Shown: positions 21,300 to 33,386 of the stretch, one piece after another | Layout of the letters: each line of letters opens with the position of its first letter | How positions within the stretch are numbered: position 1 is the first letter of the stretch | Assembly: GCA_023334545.1 (NCBI GenBank) | Contig: JAADVB010000067.1 | Span: 13,690-77,689 of the forward strand | Length of the DNA stretch: 64,000 nt | Origin: Salisapilia sapeloensis CBS 127946 | Lineage: Eukaryota; Protista; Oomycota | Reading direction: 5' to 3' | Notes under the pieces: generated by a model | What the model saw: only the letters and a program-made list of their open reading frames with translations | Databases searched by the model: none | Told to the model about the DNA's origin: nothing | Position numbers and translations under genes: made by a program

Positions 21300-23800
21300 T
21301 CGTCACGAAATTTCTACCTACTAGGCGTACAAGTGCTTCCGACGTAGGTACATGCGACTCCTACGACTCGTGGCTAGATACATGCTTCGGAGACATTGGT
21401 CTATGTAAAACTTGTGTAGTAGATGAAGAAGAACTTGACTCAGATCAGAACGCTGCGACTTTGTAGTCTAAACAATTCTATGCCAATGGAATCGCTTGAT
21501 CGTCGAGGAAGCTGTCAAAGTGGTCCGGCTGAGATAGGCAGATGGAGATGGGCAGCAATTTTATTGGCTCGTCGCAGGATCTTGCCCGGATGTCAAGTGT
21601 GGAGACGAGGCGAGTGACACGAAAGTCGGTTTTTCATCGGACGAACGATTCGGGGAGCAGTCAAATACGCGTTCGAACGACAAAATGGACTTTTAGTAGA
21701 TGCTAGGAAAGCTACATGGCCGTCCAACAACGATATATAGGATTATATCAGTATCAAGACATCGTATGAGAATTGCGTCGGTAATTGTCAGCTACGAAAA
21801 TTTTCTCAGAACTCTACCCGCAGTTCTAGGTCACGACGTGCATCGAGGCGAAAAGATGTAATTAGTCGCATGAAGGTGACGTTATGCCTCATTAGCCTAT
21901 GAGATCGCTCGTTAGCGATGATGTAGCTCCGATGGGTTACTCTTGCCCAAGCACCAGCGCTATGGATCTGCGGCGCGCTGATACAGATGAATGCGATCTT
22001 GTCTATCTTGGTATCGCACGAAGTGTCTCGGTGTATATACCAACGGTCTTGGAGAAGCACCGTCGGAATGCAAGTGTATACTCGACATCTTTTGAGTTGT
22101 AGCGATACACAAGCTGACTAACGTATACCGCGGTCTTCAATCCCATAGTTAATCAGGTGAAAGATATACAACACAACGCGGGACGCGCAAGCTATCAGCT
22201 TCATCGCCAAGTTGAGATCAACCTATGATGACTGCGTCTGAGTACTGTACGACGAAAACCTGTCAGTTCGTAAGGTATCTATTCGGTTCGTAATGACGAC
22301 TATCTTCCGATCTACCAGAGTCGATACGAGTGGCATGCTCGCAGTCCACTTATCTTTTCTCCAAACGCCATTACTTCACCAGCACCAGGGCTTAGCATTC
22401 TCCACACGGCGCTACCAGCTTTAATCCTTTTTCCTAGGTTTCATTCCACCAATTCGCTTTAGTTGTACGTTAGAAATACTTCTCAGACATCATTGAATCC
22501 ATTCGAGCAACGGAATTTCCGAAGAAGATATAAGAAAATGTATGACAACAGACACGACAGATCTCCTGTCTTTGGTTCGGGAACTAAGATAGTCAAGATT
22601 CGGAATGCTCATCAAGTGCCTACTGTTTTTTAAACGATTGACCTACTTTAAGTGTGAGATAGTCCAGAATTGCATTCAGATCCAGCGTCGACCGTACCTG
22701 CGACGCGTCTGATTGCTGGAAACAATCAACAGCATCTTTTAGGATCGCAACAGAGAGTAGTACTCAGACACGAAAGTATCTGATGCGAACACATCACTTC
22801 ATGCAGCACATGTGTGGCTATGCGGAGTTACTGGATAGTTTAACCGAGTGTCGAGTAAGCCAAATGACAATATATTGCTTTAACGAATAGTAGTCGGAGT
22901 TGTGGTTCTCTTTCAATCTTTCACGTCGAGTTTTAGACATAACGTCAAGTCTTGGTCTTCTTGTGCAACCTGTTTAATATCATTATATTTACTCATAATG
23001 ATCTACACGCCATTTCCATCGATCAACTGAGCACGTTCGGCTCCCTGCATCCACATGAACAAGCGTAAATTTGGTGCATTGATCGTGTATACGAAATGCT
23101 TTACTACTAGTTCCGTACGACCAGTACCGTTTTCGTTTTGGTTGATTGCAACGCGCGAGAGCTCCTCGCAATCTAAAGAATACTCTCATCATTACAATGC
23201 CAAAGCGAAGTTGAAGCTGTTATGAATCGCACATCTGCCATGGTGGCTAGAGTGGTGTAGGGCGAAATTGTGAAGACAGATCACACAGTCATTTGGAACC
23301 TTGCCGAATATAAGCATAGCATCTAAGCTTGTACTATTTGAGCTCTGCCGTTTCGTTATTTATCCATCTGAAAGGCACTGAGTACAAGCGCAATCCGTTA
23401 AAGTTCATACTCATCTTGTACTCGCTCGATACGTCGTCTTCATCACAAGCGTCAACTTAGTCTCTTGGCGCATGTCACACTCGATTCTTTGTCACGCATT
23501 CATGTTTCACGCATATCCATGCTTATCCTTGTGAGATCGTCACCGTATACACCTGATCTGTTGGCAAAGCTCGAATTAACCATCCTTAAATCGTACAGCG
23601 ATCATCTGTTGGGAATACCTTGAGCGTACTTAACAAAGATAGTATATGCAGCATCAACCGTATCCACAGTCTATCCGATGTCTCCCCTTTACTCACAATG
23701 TTTAAACATCGCTTCTAGATTTAAAAGCATATTCGAGTTACCATGTAGCACTCCAGACCGATGAATCATCCTCTGGGTTTCCATTTGACTATCCACTACT
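21300..23800 (-). mobile_element. Decayed Ty1/copia LTR-retrotransposon pol relic
   Basis: Motifs in copia order on the minus strand: integrase SPYT..HG (23.25 kb), SYGTSSKAFRIHDQCTKFTLVHVD (23.05-23.12 kb; like GYxxxSKAYRxYD..VSRDV), RT end LYIVVGRP (21.72 kb), RNase H-like TASST, PKHVSSH, VPTSEALV (21.3-21.5 kb). No LTRs recognised. Confidence 0.5.
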
Positions 23801-23984
23801 TTGTTACAACAAGCAACATTTAACTAATATAGCAGAATACATTTAAATGCCTACCATCTAGCCTGGCTTCTCATGTTGTAACTTGGTCAGCAATGCAAGA
23901 AGCTCATGTTGAAAATGTCCAAAGCATGCTACGTTGTACACACAATTATATTATATACTTATAGTCAAAGTTCAATTTCAGCAA

Positions 23985-24057
23985 GTCGATGTCGTCTAGT
24001 GGTTAGGACGCGAGCTTCACACGCTCGAGATCGGGGGTTCGATCCCCCCCATCGATA
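23985..24057 (+). tRNA. tRNA-Val (anticodon CAC)
   Basis: Full cloverleaf: acceptor GTCGATG/CATCGAT (G1:U72), D arm GTCT-AGTGGTTA-GGAC, anticodon arm CGAGC-TTCACAC-GCTCG, T arm GGGGG-TTCGATC-CCCCC, discriminator A, followed by a T6 Pol III terminator at 24059-24064. Confidence 0.95.
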
Positions 24058-25366
24058 CTTTTTTCAATCAGTTGTTTTTGTTGATATCATATCGGCAAGT
24101 TGCCATAAATGCATCTTAAACAGAGTGCTTGTCTGGAGTTGCAGAAATATGCTTAACTTTCGAATTGTTTGGTTTTTATATGGTTACTCAAATGGTACAT
24201 TTGTACAAAGAAAATGACCTACCACTTCTGTGATATCGTTTACTTATCCACCACTATGCACTTCTACTGCAAAAAGCAAAGTTGTAAGAAAATTTGAATG
24301 GACTAATCTTGACATCTACTTGTGGAGTTAAAGAAACTAGATTATAAAGTTAATTGACGCATTGACTGTTTAGCCGTGAACGCTTCGACTAAATGTGCGC
24401 TATTCTTCTACATCCGGTTTGTAAAGCTCAATTTCTTTCCTGACTGGATATAATGATGTGCAAGGTGACTGAAGTGACTGCTACGATGGAAGCACAGATG
24501 AGGCAGATGTGTGACCTACCTGGTTTGATGGCTGCAACCAGAAGCATGACTGATAGTGATGTGGTGCCCGAAAGTTTCGAGTGATGTCTCGTAAAGAACA
24601 TCTAAGCAAGTTTCGAAGTGGGCACGAAAATAGCTCGTTTAGATACTTTCATTTCTTTCTGGGTAAAGAATCTTTGAAGATACTAGAGAATGACCTTACT
24701 AAGCGATGCTAGCAGGCGAGTGGCAACTGGTGCGGCAAGAAGTATGTGACCTGATCATCTACACTGTATTGCATTGTGTGTCGGACGCCAAAAGCTCAGT
24801 ACTACCGAAATTCAACGCCTTGCTACTGAATGAGTTGTAGCATACCAATGCAGAGCGCGACAAGTTACTGGTCATGGCCTACCACTTGTACAAGTAAGGA
24901 AGAGCGTATTGTTATCAGCTTACAATGTTGTATGCGGCAAGCCTGACAAATAATAATCTGCTTTTGTATGCACGTCCTTTGTCGAAACTGGAATGGAAAT
25001 TAACTGTGCAGAGTGATGAAATCATGATGCGAGCGCATCCAATGTACCCCTAGTGCTGACATCGCTCAGCTCATGTAGACATTTAATGCTCTCAATCATC
25101 AGTTTTTTCCGTACTTATAAAGTATCCGTGAATGAAATGGAAAACCCATCGATGAATACTCAACCACAACTCATTCCTTGTCATAACGTCCTATACAATC
25201 CTATCAAATACCGATCCAACACGTCAATCACTTCTACTTGCATCTATTATACTGATACTGATAGCCCTGTTCCGAATTAAGTAGACTCGATACATTCAAT
25301 TTCCACCGAATCGAACAATTGGTTTTTCCCGCCAAACACACTTGCGATCGTCGCATTCGCTCTGTC

Positions 25367-27505
25367 ATGGACGCTGCCAACAAGAAGACACGTAAAGATG
25401 TGCCTCCAACCGACACTACCACAAAAAGCAATCTTCCCTGTAGATCTAATCAACCCAGTCCGAATGCAACGACCCCAGCGTCTCGATCAAATACATCGGT
25501 ACGTCCACCACCAGTGTACTCCTCTATCCTTTCCACTGCAGTTCTGTCTCCACGACCTGCAGTTGTTCCAAGTACGCTACTAACCCCCACTGGTCAGAAT
25601 GCTGTAGATCCATTGGCATCCTCACCAGTGGTATCAGATCGCCAAGCATCACTCTCTCCGTCCGAATCGTCCGATCCAGACAGTCTAGACGTGGAGAACG
25701 ATGCACCTCACTCCTTTTTAGCTCCACACAACACGTCTATTTTAGCTCACGATCCTGCAAATGACGATCAGGTCTTTGAATGTAGAATTGACAAGGGCAG
25801 GGAACCCATGGGCATGACACTGAGTTTCCGCACTCGTCGTGTTTGTGTACAAGACGTAGTACAAGGTTCCTTGGCAGAAAAAGCTGGTATAAAAGTAGGC
25901 GACTTTGTGGTTGCCATTAACGGCAATTACCTTGATGGACTAAGCTTCCAACGTGTTTTAAAAGCCTTAAAGGCACATGCCATGGGGAAACTCGTTCTTA
26001 AGATACGACGCAACGACGATACGTCGTCTACTACCAGCACAAAGCGTCCTGCATGTGCATCGAATAAGACTGTTAAACGACAAAAGACAGAAGAAACGAC
26101 TGCAAGTACATCTACGACGTCACGAGTGACATCCGCGACACCTGCAGTGGTCGCACCACCGCCTAGTACCCAGAATCTTACGCCTCCCTCCCGTCTTACA
26201 GGATCCACTGACACTACTGCACACTCGTCCAAGACAAGTGCAAGGAGTACGATCCAACGGAATGTCGGTATCCGTGCCTCTACGTCTACTAGTCACCCGT
26301 CTACTACTCGTTCTACTAGAACAGTGACCACAGCAACATCTGCTGTCGTTACCTCCCGCCTTCCCAACTCACATAAATCCAACCAGAGCCGAGAGACCAT
26401 CGACCTCACAGACTCCACCTCTGACGACCGTCCAACCACAAGTCTACCTACCACTGCAATCACTCTACCTCCCTCTCGACCCTCGACTACAGCCCATACA
26501 GCCACCACTCTACCTACCAGTACAGTCGCTTTTCGTACCTCTCAACCCACTAGTTATATCTGCCCGCCTGCCTCTCGACCTACTACAGCTATTCCACCTG
26601 CCAGTAGTAGAGTCCGTCCAGCTGCATCAACTCTGTCTGGTACAGAGCATCCGCCTACTTCTCTGTCTAGTGATACAGTGCTTCCATCGACATCGATCGG
26701 CGGCTCTGTATCTACTGCACCAGAGAGGGTGGAGACAAAGGCGTCTGCAACCATGGACACTGCAACGCACACTCTATGTGCGATACGTGAAAAGTTCGAA
26801 AAGCAGATCGAGCTATTAAAGCAAGACTTGGCTGCAGCTGAAGCTCGAGCAATTGCCCATCACGAGCACTTTGAGCGTACTTCGAAGAGTCTCCAGTCCG
26901 ACTTTTTCACGACCGTCGGCAACCTCTGCAACATGTATCGTACGCTATCGAACGACAGCGCGTCTGGGATGATACAAAGAGAACTCACGAACGCCAAGGT
27001 CCAGTCGTGTCGAGATCGAGCTAAAGTGCAGTGGATGGTGAATCGAGACTTTCGACATGGACCGATTGAGGCACGTAGAATCCAGAGAGAATTGGTCGCG
27101 GCGTTCAAACGTACGTTGCGGAACGTCGACTGGAACGCATGTGTCCAGGCGTCGAATGAACGTCACATGCCATTTGCAATCAACGTCGAAAGCGTTCGAG
27201 AAGCTGCTTTTCGTGTCCTCTTCCAACGTCCGATGGCAGCTGGAGACATCAACGTGGCTGGACAAGAGCAGTGGTATGGGAATATGAATGGACAGACGAT
27301 GACAGAGGTACGTTTGCTACTCGACTATCGCTTCGTATCTAGACATAACTTGCTTCTGTAGATACTTGAATGGTCTTTGAATGGGTATGTGACGGAAAAG
27401 GGAGTAGAACGTCAAATCCATCTTGTCACGGGAAATACGTTGCGTCTCTTGTATGATCGAGAGATGGAACGACTGAATCTACAAGGCACATTCGTCATTC
27501 ATTAG
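25367..27505 (+). CDS. PDZ-domain protein with long Ser/Thr/Pro-rich linkers and an unassigned C-terminal domain, about 694 aa
   Basis: join(25367..27307,27362..27505), 54-nt GT-AG intron. PDZ: PMGMTL..VQDVVQGSLAEKAGIKVGDFVVAING..VLKALK..KLVLKIRR. Coiled coil KFEKQIELLKQDLAAAEAR. Confidence 0.75.
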
Positions 27506-27535
27506 CTAGAGATAGAGTCGTACGCTTGTTTGTTT

Positions 27536-28696
27536 CTACTGCTCTCGCATCGATCGAGCGATGGCTTCTGCTACTTCATCGTCATCAAACGTCCCGTCGT
27601 CCTCGTTCGTCGTAGAAGTCGTCGCTTGCGTAGAAGTGTTTGACGCTTGTGTCGACGTATTGGACACGACAGAGCCGCCGGTAGATGCGAATGGGTTCTC
27701 CGACTCGGAGGTGGAGGATGCAGATCCGGAGGATGCGAACGGATTGAAGCCACCGGCAGGAGGTGCGCCGCCCATCATCTGCTGCATCTGCGCCATGGCG
27801 TTCGGGTCCGTCATCATCTGCTGCATGCGCTGCTGCATGTTCGGGTCGCGTTGGATCATGTCCATGGACTGCCGGAGCATGTCTGGATTCGACAGCGCTT
27901 GAGATAGCATCGGGTTGTTGCGTACCATGGGGTTGTTCTGCAGTGACTGGAGCATCATGGGGTTGTCCAGCATTGTCTGCATCTGAGACGTCCAGTCGCT
28001 TGCCATGCCAGGCATGGACGGAGCGTTCGGAGTAGCAAAGGAAGGAGCAGAGGAAGAAGACGTAGACGACTGATGGAACTCATCTACGATGCGCTTGCAA
28101 GCGACGAGGTTCTCCCACTTGTCGGCACTGGGGATGAGGACGACGTGATCAGCTTCTACGCCTTCCTCAAAGCCGAGGACTTGGATGATATCACGGGCGC
28201 CGGCGGCACTTAGTAGACGGTTTTGAAGCGCTTGGTTGCCTAGACGTAATTTACGATACTTTTCCTCGTTCGGGTTCTTGATAATGTTATCACATATCTT
28301 GTACAACGTCTGGATGGCCGTAGAGTAGTTCGAAGCCGACTGCATTTGCTGTAAAAGCTGTCGAATACGTGTCAGATTGTCGTTGGAAGGAGTGGAGCTC
28401 GATTGTATCGGAGTAGAGGAGGTAGACGTCGACTGCGTCGGGATCTTGGCTTTGGAGATGGTCAAGTGCATCGTACATCCGTCTTCGAGACGATAGTCGG
28501 TCAAGGACTTGTCATCTTGGAGCACTTGGCCTTGGAAGATGAGGCGCTGTGCGACGGCAGGAAAGCGAGATGCGTCTTGCTGTTCAATCAGTTGCTTGAG
28601 CTCTGACACGGTCGTAGATTCCAAGCTCGGGACTTGGATATGGAGCGAGTCGCTTTCGCTACCGACAACTTTAACCGACAGTCCGATGGTGGTCAT
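27536..28696 (-). CDS. UBL-PUB-STI1-UIM protein (ubiquilin-like shuttle factor), 386 aa
   Basis: UBL: TVSELKQLIE..QRLIFQGQVLQDDKSLTDYRLEDGCTMHL. PUB: TLYKICDNIIKNPNEEKYRKLRLGN..LGFEE. STI1-like Met/Gln/Pro repeats: NPMMLQSLQNNPMV, DPNMQQRMQQMMTDP. C-terminal UIM-like DDEVAEAIARSMRE. Confidence 0.85.
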   Translation of the reverse strand: MTTIGLSVKVVGSESDSLHIQVPSLESTTVSELKQLIEQQDASRFPAVAQRLIFQGQVLQDDKSLTDYRLEDGCTMHLTISKAKIPTQSTSTSSTPIQSSSTPSNDNLTRIRQLLQQMQSASNYSTAIQTLYKICDNIIKNPNEEKYRKLRLGNQALQNRLLSAAGARDIIQVLGFEEGVEADHVVLIPSADKWENLVACKRIVDEFHQSSTSSSSAPSFATPNAPSMPGMASDWTSQMQTMLDNPMMLQSLQNNPMVRNNPMLSQALSNPDMLRQSMDMIQRDPNMQQRMQQMMTDPNAMAQMQQMMGGAPPAGGFNPFASSGSASSTSESENPFASTGGSVVSNTSTQASNTSTQATTSTTNEDDGTFDDDEVAEAIARSMREQ

Positions 28697-28954
28697 GCTC
28701 TTCTTCGTTTTCTTACAGGGAATGTATGGAAATGAGAAAGAAAAGAACAAGAAAGACTGATATTGAAGTTACATTGAAGTATCAGACTGGGCACTTGGGC
28801 ACTTCCAGGAGCTTGTTCTACTTGATCCTACGTGACAGATATAGTTTATGTGGTGGATGCAAGTAGCTATTTATAGTATTAGCTGATAAAGATCAGAGAC
28901 TAGAGTTGAATTAAAATTGCTTGCGAGACTTGCCTCGAAGGTAGAGGGCGTTCA

Positions 28955-31051
28955 TTGTGCGAAATGTTGCGACCTCAGAGTGCTCACCAGGAAGGGAGGA
29001 TGGACCGGAAGATGGAGATCAAGTCGGCGCTTTACACTAGCCAAAGTCCGGTTTGTGCTGAACGTAGAGTGTGCGTACGAACCAAGCCAGGTGTCAAAGC
29101 GGCGCAAATTAGAGGAGCGCAACGACCAGCTTCAGCACGACCTGCTGCTACGAAGACAACGGATGTGACATCGAGTGGTGGAGGAAAGTGGCCAAAGTCA
29201 GTCGATGCATGGTTTCGCAAAATTCTTAAGATGCAAAAGATGTCGACCATAGACTTGGCTGATGCGTTTTGCTTTGGAAACGCAAGCAAGCATCGATATG
29301 TCCAGCTGAACCACTTTTGTGACGTCTTGTTTAAACTTAATCCTGGAGGAATCAATGGACATAACCCCTTGACGGATGGAATGGAGGAATTTCTTTATTA
29401 CTTTACGACAGAACAAACGGACGGATTGGTCGTGGATGTCCAAAAGGCTGTCAAAGCTTTGGATGTATGGGATCCAAAGCCAGAGCGTCCACGATCATGC
29501 TCTTGCTGTTTTCCATCCGAAGGATGTGTACGCATCCAATCTCCTCACTCACTACGATCCTTAGTAGATGAGAAAGATAAACTTCGAAAAGAAATCTTTG
29601 CTTTAAAGCTACAAAACCTTCGACTAAGTCGAGAAATTCAAGGACAAAAGGATCGTGCCGAGTCCAGTGATGAAAGTTATGCTTTAGACAGTCCAGAGTT
29701 TACATCTTCTCCAGTCCGGAATGTGACGCCTACAGAAATAGATACACCAGGCCGACACTCATGTATCCGCAACTCTGCTGTCAATGGACACGAAGTACAG
29801 CTTGTGGACATTGCGACCAAGCTACAATATGATGGAGTGAGAAGATTGGAATCAAGTCTATATGAGGCAGATACGTCTCAAAGTGGCTTTCTGACTGCGA
29901 AAGAGATTTGCTGGGCGATGAAAGAGCTCCATATAAACATATCGCAGTCCGATTTGATTGAACTATGCCTCGGACTCAAGTTTGATGCGCACGCACGTAT
30001 CGACTACATAGAGTTCATCGATCTGTTACTAGACATTTTAGTCTACGAAAAGTTCCCAGACAAAGCACAAGCGAAGCATGCAGAGTGGCAATCTCTAGCT
30101 CGAGAGCTGCGAGAATACCTTAGTTTTCTCCAGAGCGACTCGACTGTTACAAGCGTCCACAGCAAGTTGTATGAGGTATACCGCATGATCTTTTCTGATG
30201 AAGAGTTATTACCAATGTCACGCACTGTCGCTTTCTTTATGACAGAGCTAAAGCATTTGCATCCAAAGCTCAAGAAATGCCCATTATCTCGAAGCGATCT
30301 TATTAAGTTTCTACAGCCTTTTGCTGGAAAGAGCCATGAAATGAGCACATTGTCTGATCAAAGAGTTGTCGATGTATCTGCGATGTTTGATGCACTTTGC
30401 AAAGACGATGGTAACGATGTGGTTTCACGACGAGCACCACTAGCTTTTACCAAAGCGTTTTGGACACACATACGTAACAAACTGTGCAGCTACGACAGTG
30501 ACAAGATTCCGCTCGTAAGTACTCAACTAGAGAAGATCTTTCACAAATTAGATCGATTTAAATCTCGATCTATCTCGCATAAGCAGTGGAACAAAATTCT
30601 GGATCGTCATCTTAATGATGAAGAAATGGAAGTTATATCAAAAGCACTTGAGTCAACAAGACTTCGGACTAGTTACCACCAAGCTCGGCACGAAAGAGAT
30701 TGGAGCCCTTGCAAAGCACACTGTCAAGATGGAGTTCGGTACGATATTTTCCTGTGCCTCGTGTTTGAACAAGACATCTCGCCTGACAATTCAATCGAGC
30801 AAGAGATTCGATTTGTATTGAAGCGGGAAATGCAGACGCATCGAGAAAGCTTCTTAACGAGCATTGCTGCCAGCTCGACCAACGGACTTTCATTAGACGA
30901 CTTCTACTCTGCCTTCCACTCGTTTACCACCAGCTTGTCCTCAATGGAGCTCTTGTATCTTTCTTGCAAGTTTGGCGTCGAACACGCTACAAGGATCCAC
31001 CCCAAGGTTCTATACGAGCGTCTACAAACGTTCCTCCAAGCTCGCGTGTAG
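28955..31051 (+). CDS. EF-hand-containing protein, about 698 aa (start could be the Met near 29003)
   Basis: Long open ORF. EF-hand pair EADTSQSGFLTAKEI..KFDAHARIDYIEF, further degenerate EF-like helices, and a coiled coil EKDKLRKEIFALKLQNLRL. Confidence 0.65.
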   Translation: MCEMLRPQSAHQEGRMDRKMEIKSALYTSQSPVCAERRVCVRTKPGVKAAQIRGAQRPASARPAATKTTDVTSSGGGKWPKSVDAWFRKILKMQKMSTIDLADAFCFGNASKHRYVQLNHFCDVLFKLNPGGINGHNPLTDGMEEFLYYFTTEQTDGLVVDVQKAVKALDVWDPKPERPRSCSCCFPSEGCVRIQSPHSLRSLVDEKDKLRKEIFALKLQNLRLSREIQGQKDRAESSDESYALDSPEFTSSPVRNVTPTEIDTPGRHSCIRNSAVNGHEVQLVDIATKLQYDGVRRLESSLYEADTSQSGFLTAKEICWAMKELHINISQSDLIELCLGLKFDAHARIDYIEFIDLLLDILVYEKFPDKAQAKHAEWQSLARELREYLSFLQSDSTVTSVHSKLYEVYRMIFSDEELLPMSRTVAFFMTELKHLHPKLKKCPLSRSDLIKFLQPFAGKSHEMSTLSDQRVVDVSAMFDALCKDDGNDVVSRRAPLAFTKAFWTHIRNKLCSYDSDKIPLVSTQLEKIFHKLDRFKSRSISHKQWNKILDRHLNDEEMEVISKALESTRLRTSYHQARHERDWSPCKAHCQDGVRYDIFLCLVFEQDISPDNSIEQEIRFVLKREMQTHRESFLTSIAASSTNGLSLDDFYSAFHSFTTSLSSMELLYLSCKFGVEHATRIHPKVLYERLQTFLQARV

Positions 31052-31485
31052 GTAGAACATTACAAAGGCGTAGATGTTGAGGCTAACGAAGAAAGTAGAA
31101 TCAATTGAACTGCGTAGATATACTTTTAATTAGAACACTTAAAATTTTACAGAAGTAGACATGGAAACATTCATCTATTTGTATGTCGACGGGAATAGTT
31201 TATGCGGATGCTCTAGCTATAATGATGTCAACATCACCCCCAACAAGCCTAGTCTAGTACACCTATCATACCTCGTTGCTTGTCTCTATCCGTAGCTACA
31301 CAGCTGAACGCATGTGGAAGATTCATGTACGTCTCAAGTCCTAACATTGTCGTGTTTCTTTTATTCATACGCCTACGAGTGTTCGGAATCTGTATCTAAA
31401 AAACGAGCATCCTCGCTCTCTTGACAGAGCGATCACCGCGCGCATTTAGAGTCGGTCAGACGTGGACAAAGGCTCATTGAGCGGC

Positions 31486-33369
31486 TTACATCATGCCGCC
31501 CATGCCACCCATGCCACCCATGCCGCCCATGCCGCCCATGCCACCGGCAGCAGCACCGTCGTCACCCGGGAGGTCAGCGATAAGTGCTTCGGCAGTCATC
31601 ATGAGCGAGGCAACGGAAGACGCGTCGACGACGCCCGTGCGCACAACCTTGGTCGGGTCGATGATACCAGCTTCGACCATGTCGACGTACTCGCCGGTCT
31701 GGGCGTTGAAGCCGTAGGTGGGCGAGTCGTTCTCGAGCATCTTGCCGACAACGACAGCGCCTTCTTCACCGGCGTTCTTCGCGATCTGCATAACCGTGGA
31801 GCGGCAAGCACGCTCGACGATTTCGACACCAACCTTCTGGTCCAAGTTCTGGCAGTTGTCGTACAGGCTCTTGAGCGAGCGCGAGCACCAAAGGAGGGCA
31901 GCTCCACCGCCAGGAACAATGCCCTCGGCAACGGCAGCACGCGTGGCGTTCAAGGCATCCGTGACACGGTCCTTCTTCTCGTTCACCTCGACTTCGCTAG
32001 CACCACCAACCTTGATGACAGCAACACCGCCGCTGAGCTTGGCAAGACGTTCCTGGAGCTTTTCCTTCTCGTACTCGCTCGAAGTGGCTTCGATAGACGA
32101 ACGGAGGAGGTTGCAACGCTCTTCCACGGCGTCCGCGACACCTGCGCCGTCCAGCATCAAAGTGTCATCCTTGGTGATCGACACGTTCTTGGCAGATCCG
32201 AGCATGTCAGCCGTCGTGCTCTCGAGACGGTGGCCGAGGTCCTCGGAGACGACCGTGGCACCAGTGAGCACAGCCATGTCCTGGAGAGAAGACTTGCGGT
32301 TCTCACCGAAGCCAGGGGCCTTGACGGCACAGACCTTGAGACCACCACGGATCTTGTTGATGACAAGGGCAGCAAGAGCTTCGCTGTCGACGTCCTCAGC
32401 AATGAGGAGCAACGGACGCTGCTGCTTGGCGACCATCTCGAGCACCGGGACAAGGGACTGGAGGCTGGAGACCTTCTTCTCAACGAGGAGGATGTATGGG
32501 TTCTCCATTTCGCACGTCTGCGTCTTGTTGTCCGTGACAAAGTACGGCGAGATGTAACCACGGTCGAACTTCATACCTTCAACAACTTCGAGTTCGTTGA
32601 AGAGCGTGCGGCCGTCCTGGACGGTGATGACACCTTCCTTGCCCACACGCTCCATGGCGTCCGAAATGAGGTCACCGATCTCCGTTTCGCTGTTGGCAGA
32701 GATCGTGGCGACCTGGGCAACCTTCTGCTTGTCGTCAACGCTCTGGGAGATGGACTGGAGCTCATCGGTGATCTTGTCCACGGCCATCTGGATGCCGCGA
32801 CGGAGGTCCGTCGGGTTCATGCCAGCCGCAACACTCTTGCAACCTTCCGAATAGATCGAACGGGTGAGGACGGTGGCGGACGTGGTACCGTCACCAGCCG
32901 TTTCGTTCGTGTTGTTCGCGACCTGACGGAGCAACTGGGCGCCCATGTTCTCGAACTTGTCCTTGAACTCAATGTTCTTGGCGACCGTGACACCATCCTT
33001 GGTGATCTTGGGCGCACCGAAGGACTGGTCGATGACAACGTTGCGGCCCTTGGGACCAAGCGTGACTTGGACGGCGTTGGCGAGTTGGTCCGCACCCTTC
33101 AACATAGCAGCACGTCCCTAGAATCATTGCAAAGAAAGATAAGTACATGTACGTTGCATGCAACTTGCATTGCCTCTTCCTCGATCAAGTGCAACTTCAT
33201 ATAAAAAAGAGTGCGGAATCGAAGTGAAAGAGCTACTAAGAAGAAAACAAGACGGTACCTCGACGCTGAACATGATCTCCTTGCCAGAGGCAAAGTTACG
33301 CGCACCAAAAGGCGCCTTGGTGGCGTGCTTGGCAGCACGCTTGGCGGCCGTCATGAGCTGAGGATTCAT
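31486..33369 (-). CDS. HSP60: Mitochondrial chaperonin Hsp60/Cpn60, 580 aa, 2 exons
   Basis: join(33369..33259,33117..31486), 141-nt intron. Basic presequence, [34 protein letters not shown]-terminal GGM repeats. Confidence 0.97.
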
Positions 33370-33386
33370 CGTTGACGTTTACGATC

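Noticed and set aside
24350-25060. Possible hAT transposase relic (DGSTD, HCIA-like words) or pseudogene
   Set aside because: The motifs fall in different frames, and an alternative plus frame with two stops reads longer. Cannot be assigned without a search.
31486-31545. Short tandem repeat at the HSP60 3' end
   Set aside because: Ordinary GGM tail of chaperonins.
31462-33204. 580-aa antisense ORF over HSP60
   Set aside because: In register with the sense frame, no ATG start, and no recognisable domain. The equal length with spliced Hsp60 is coincidence.
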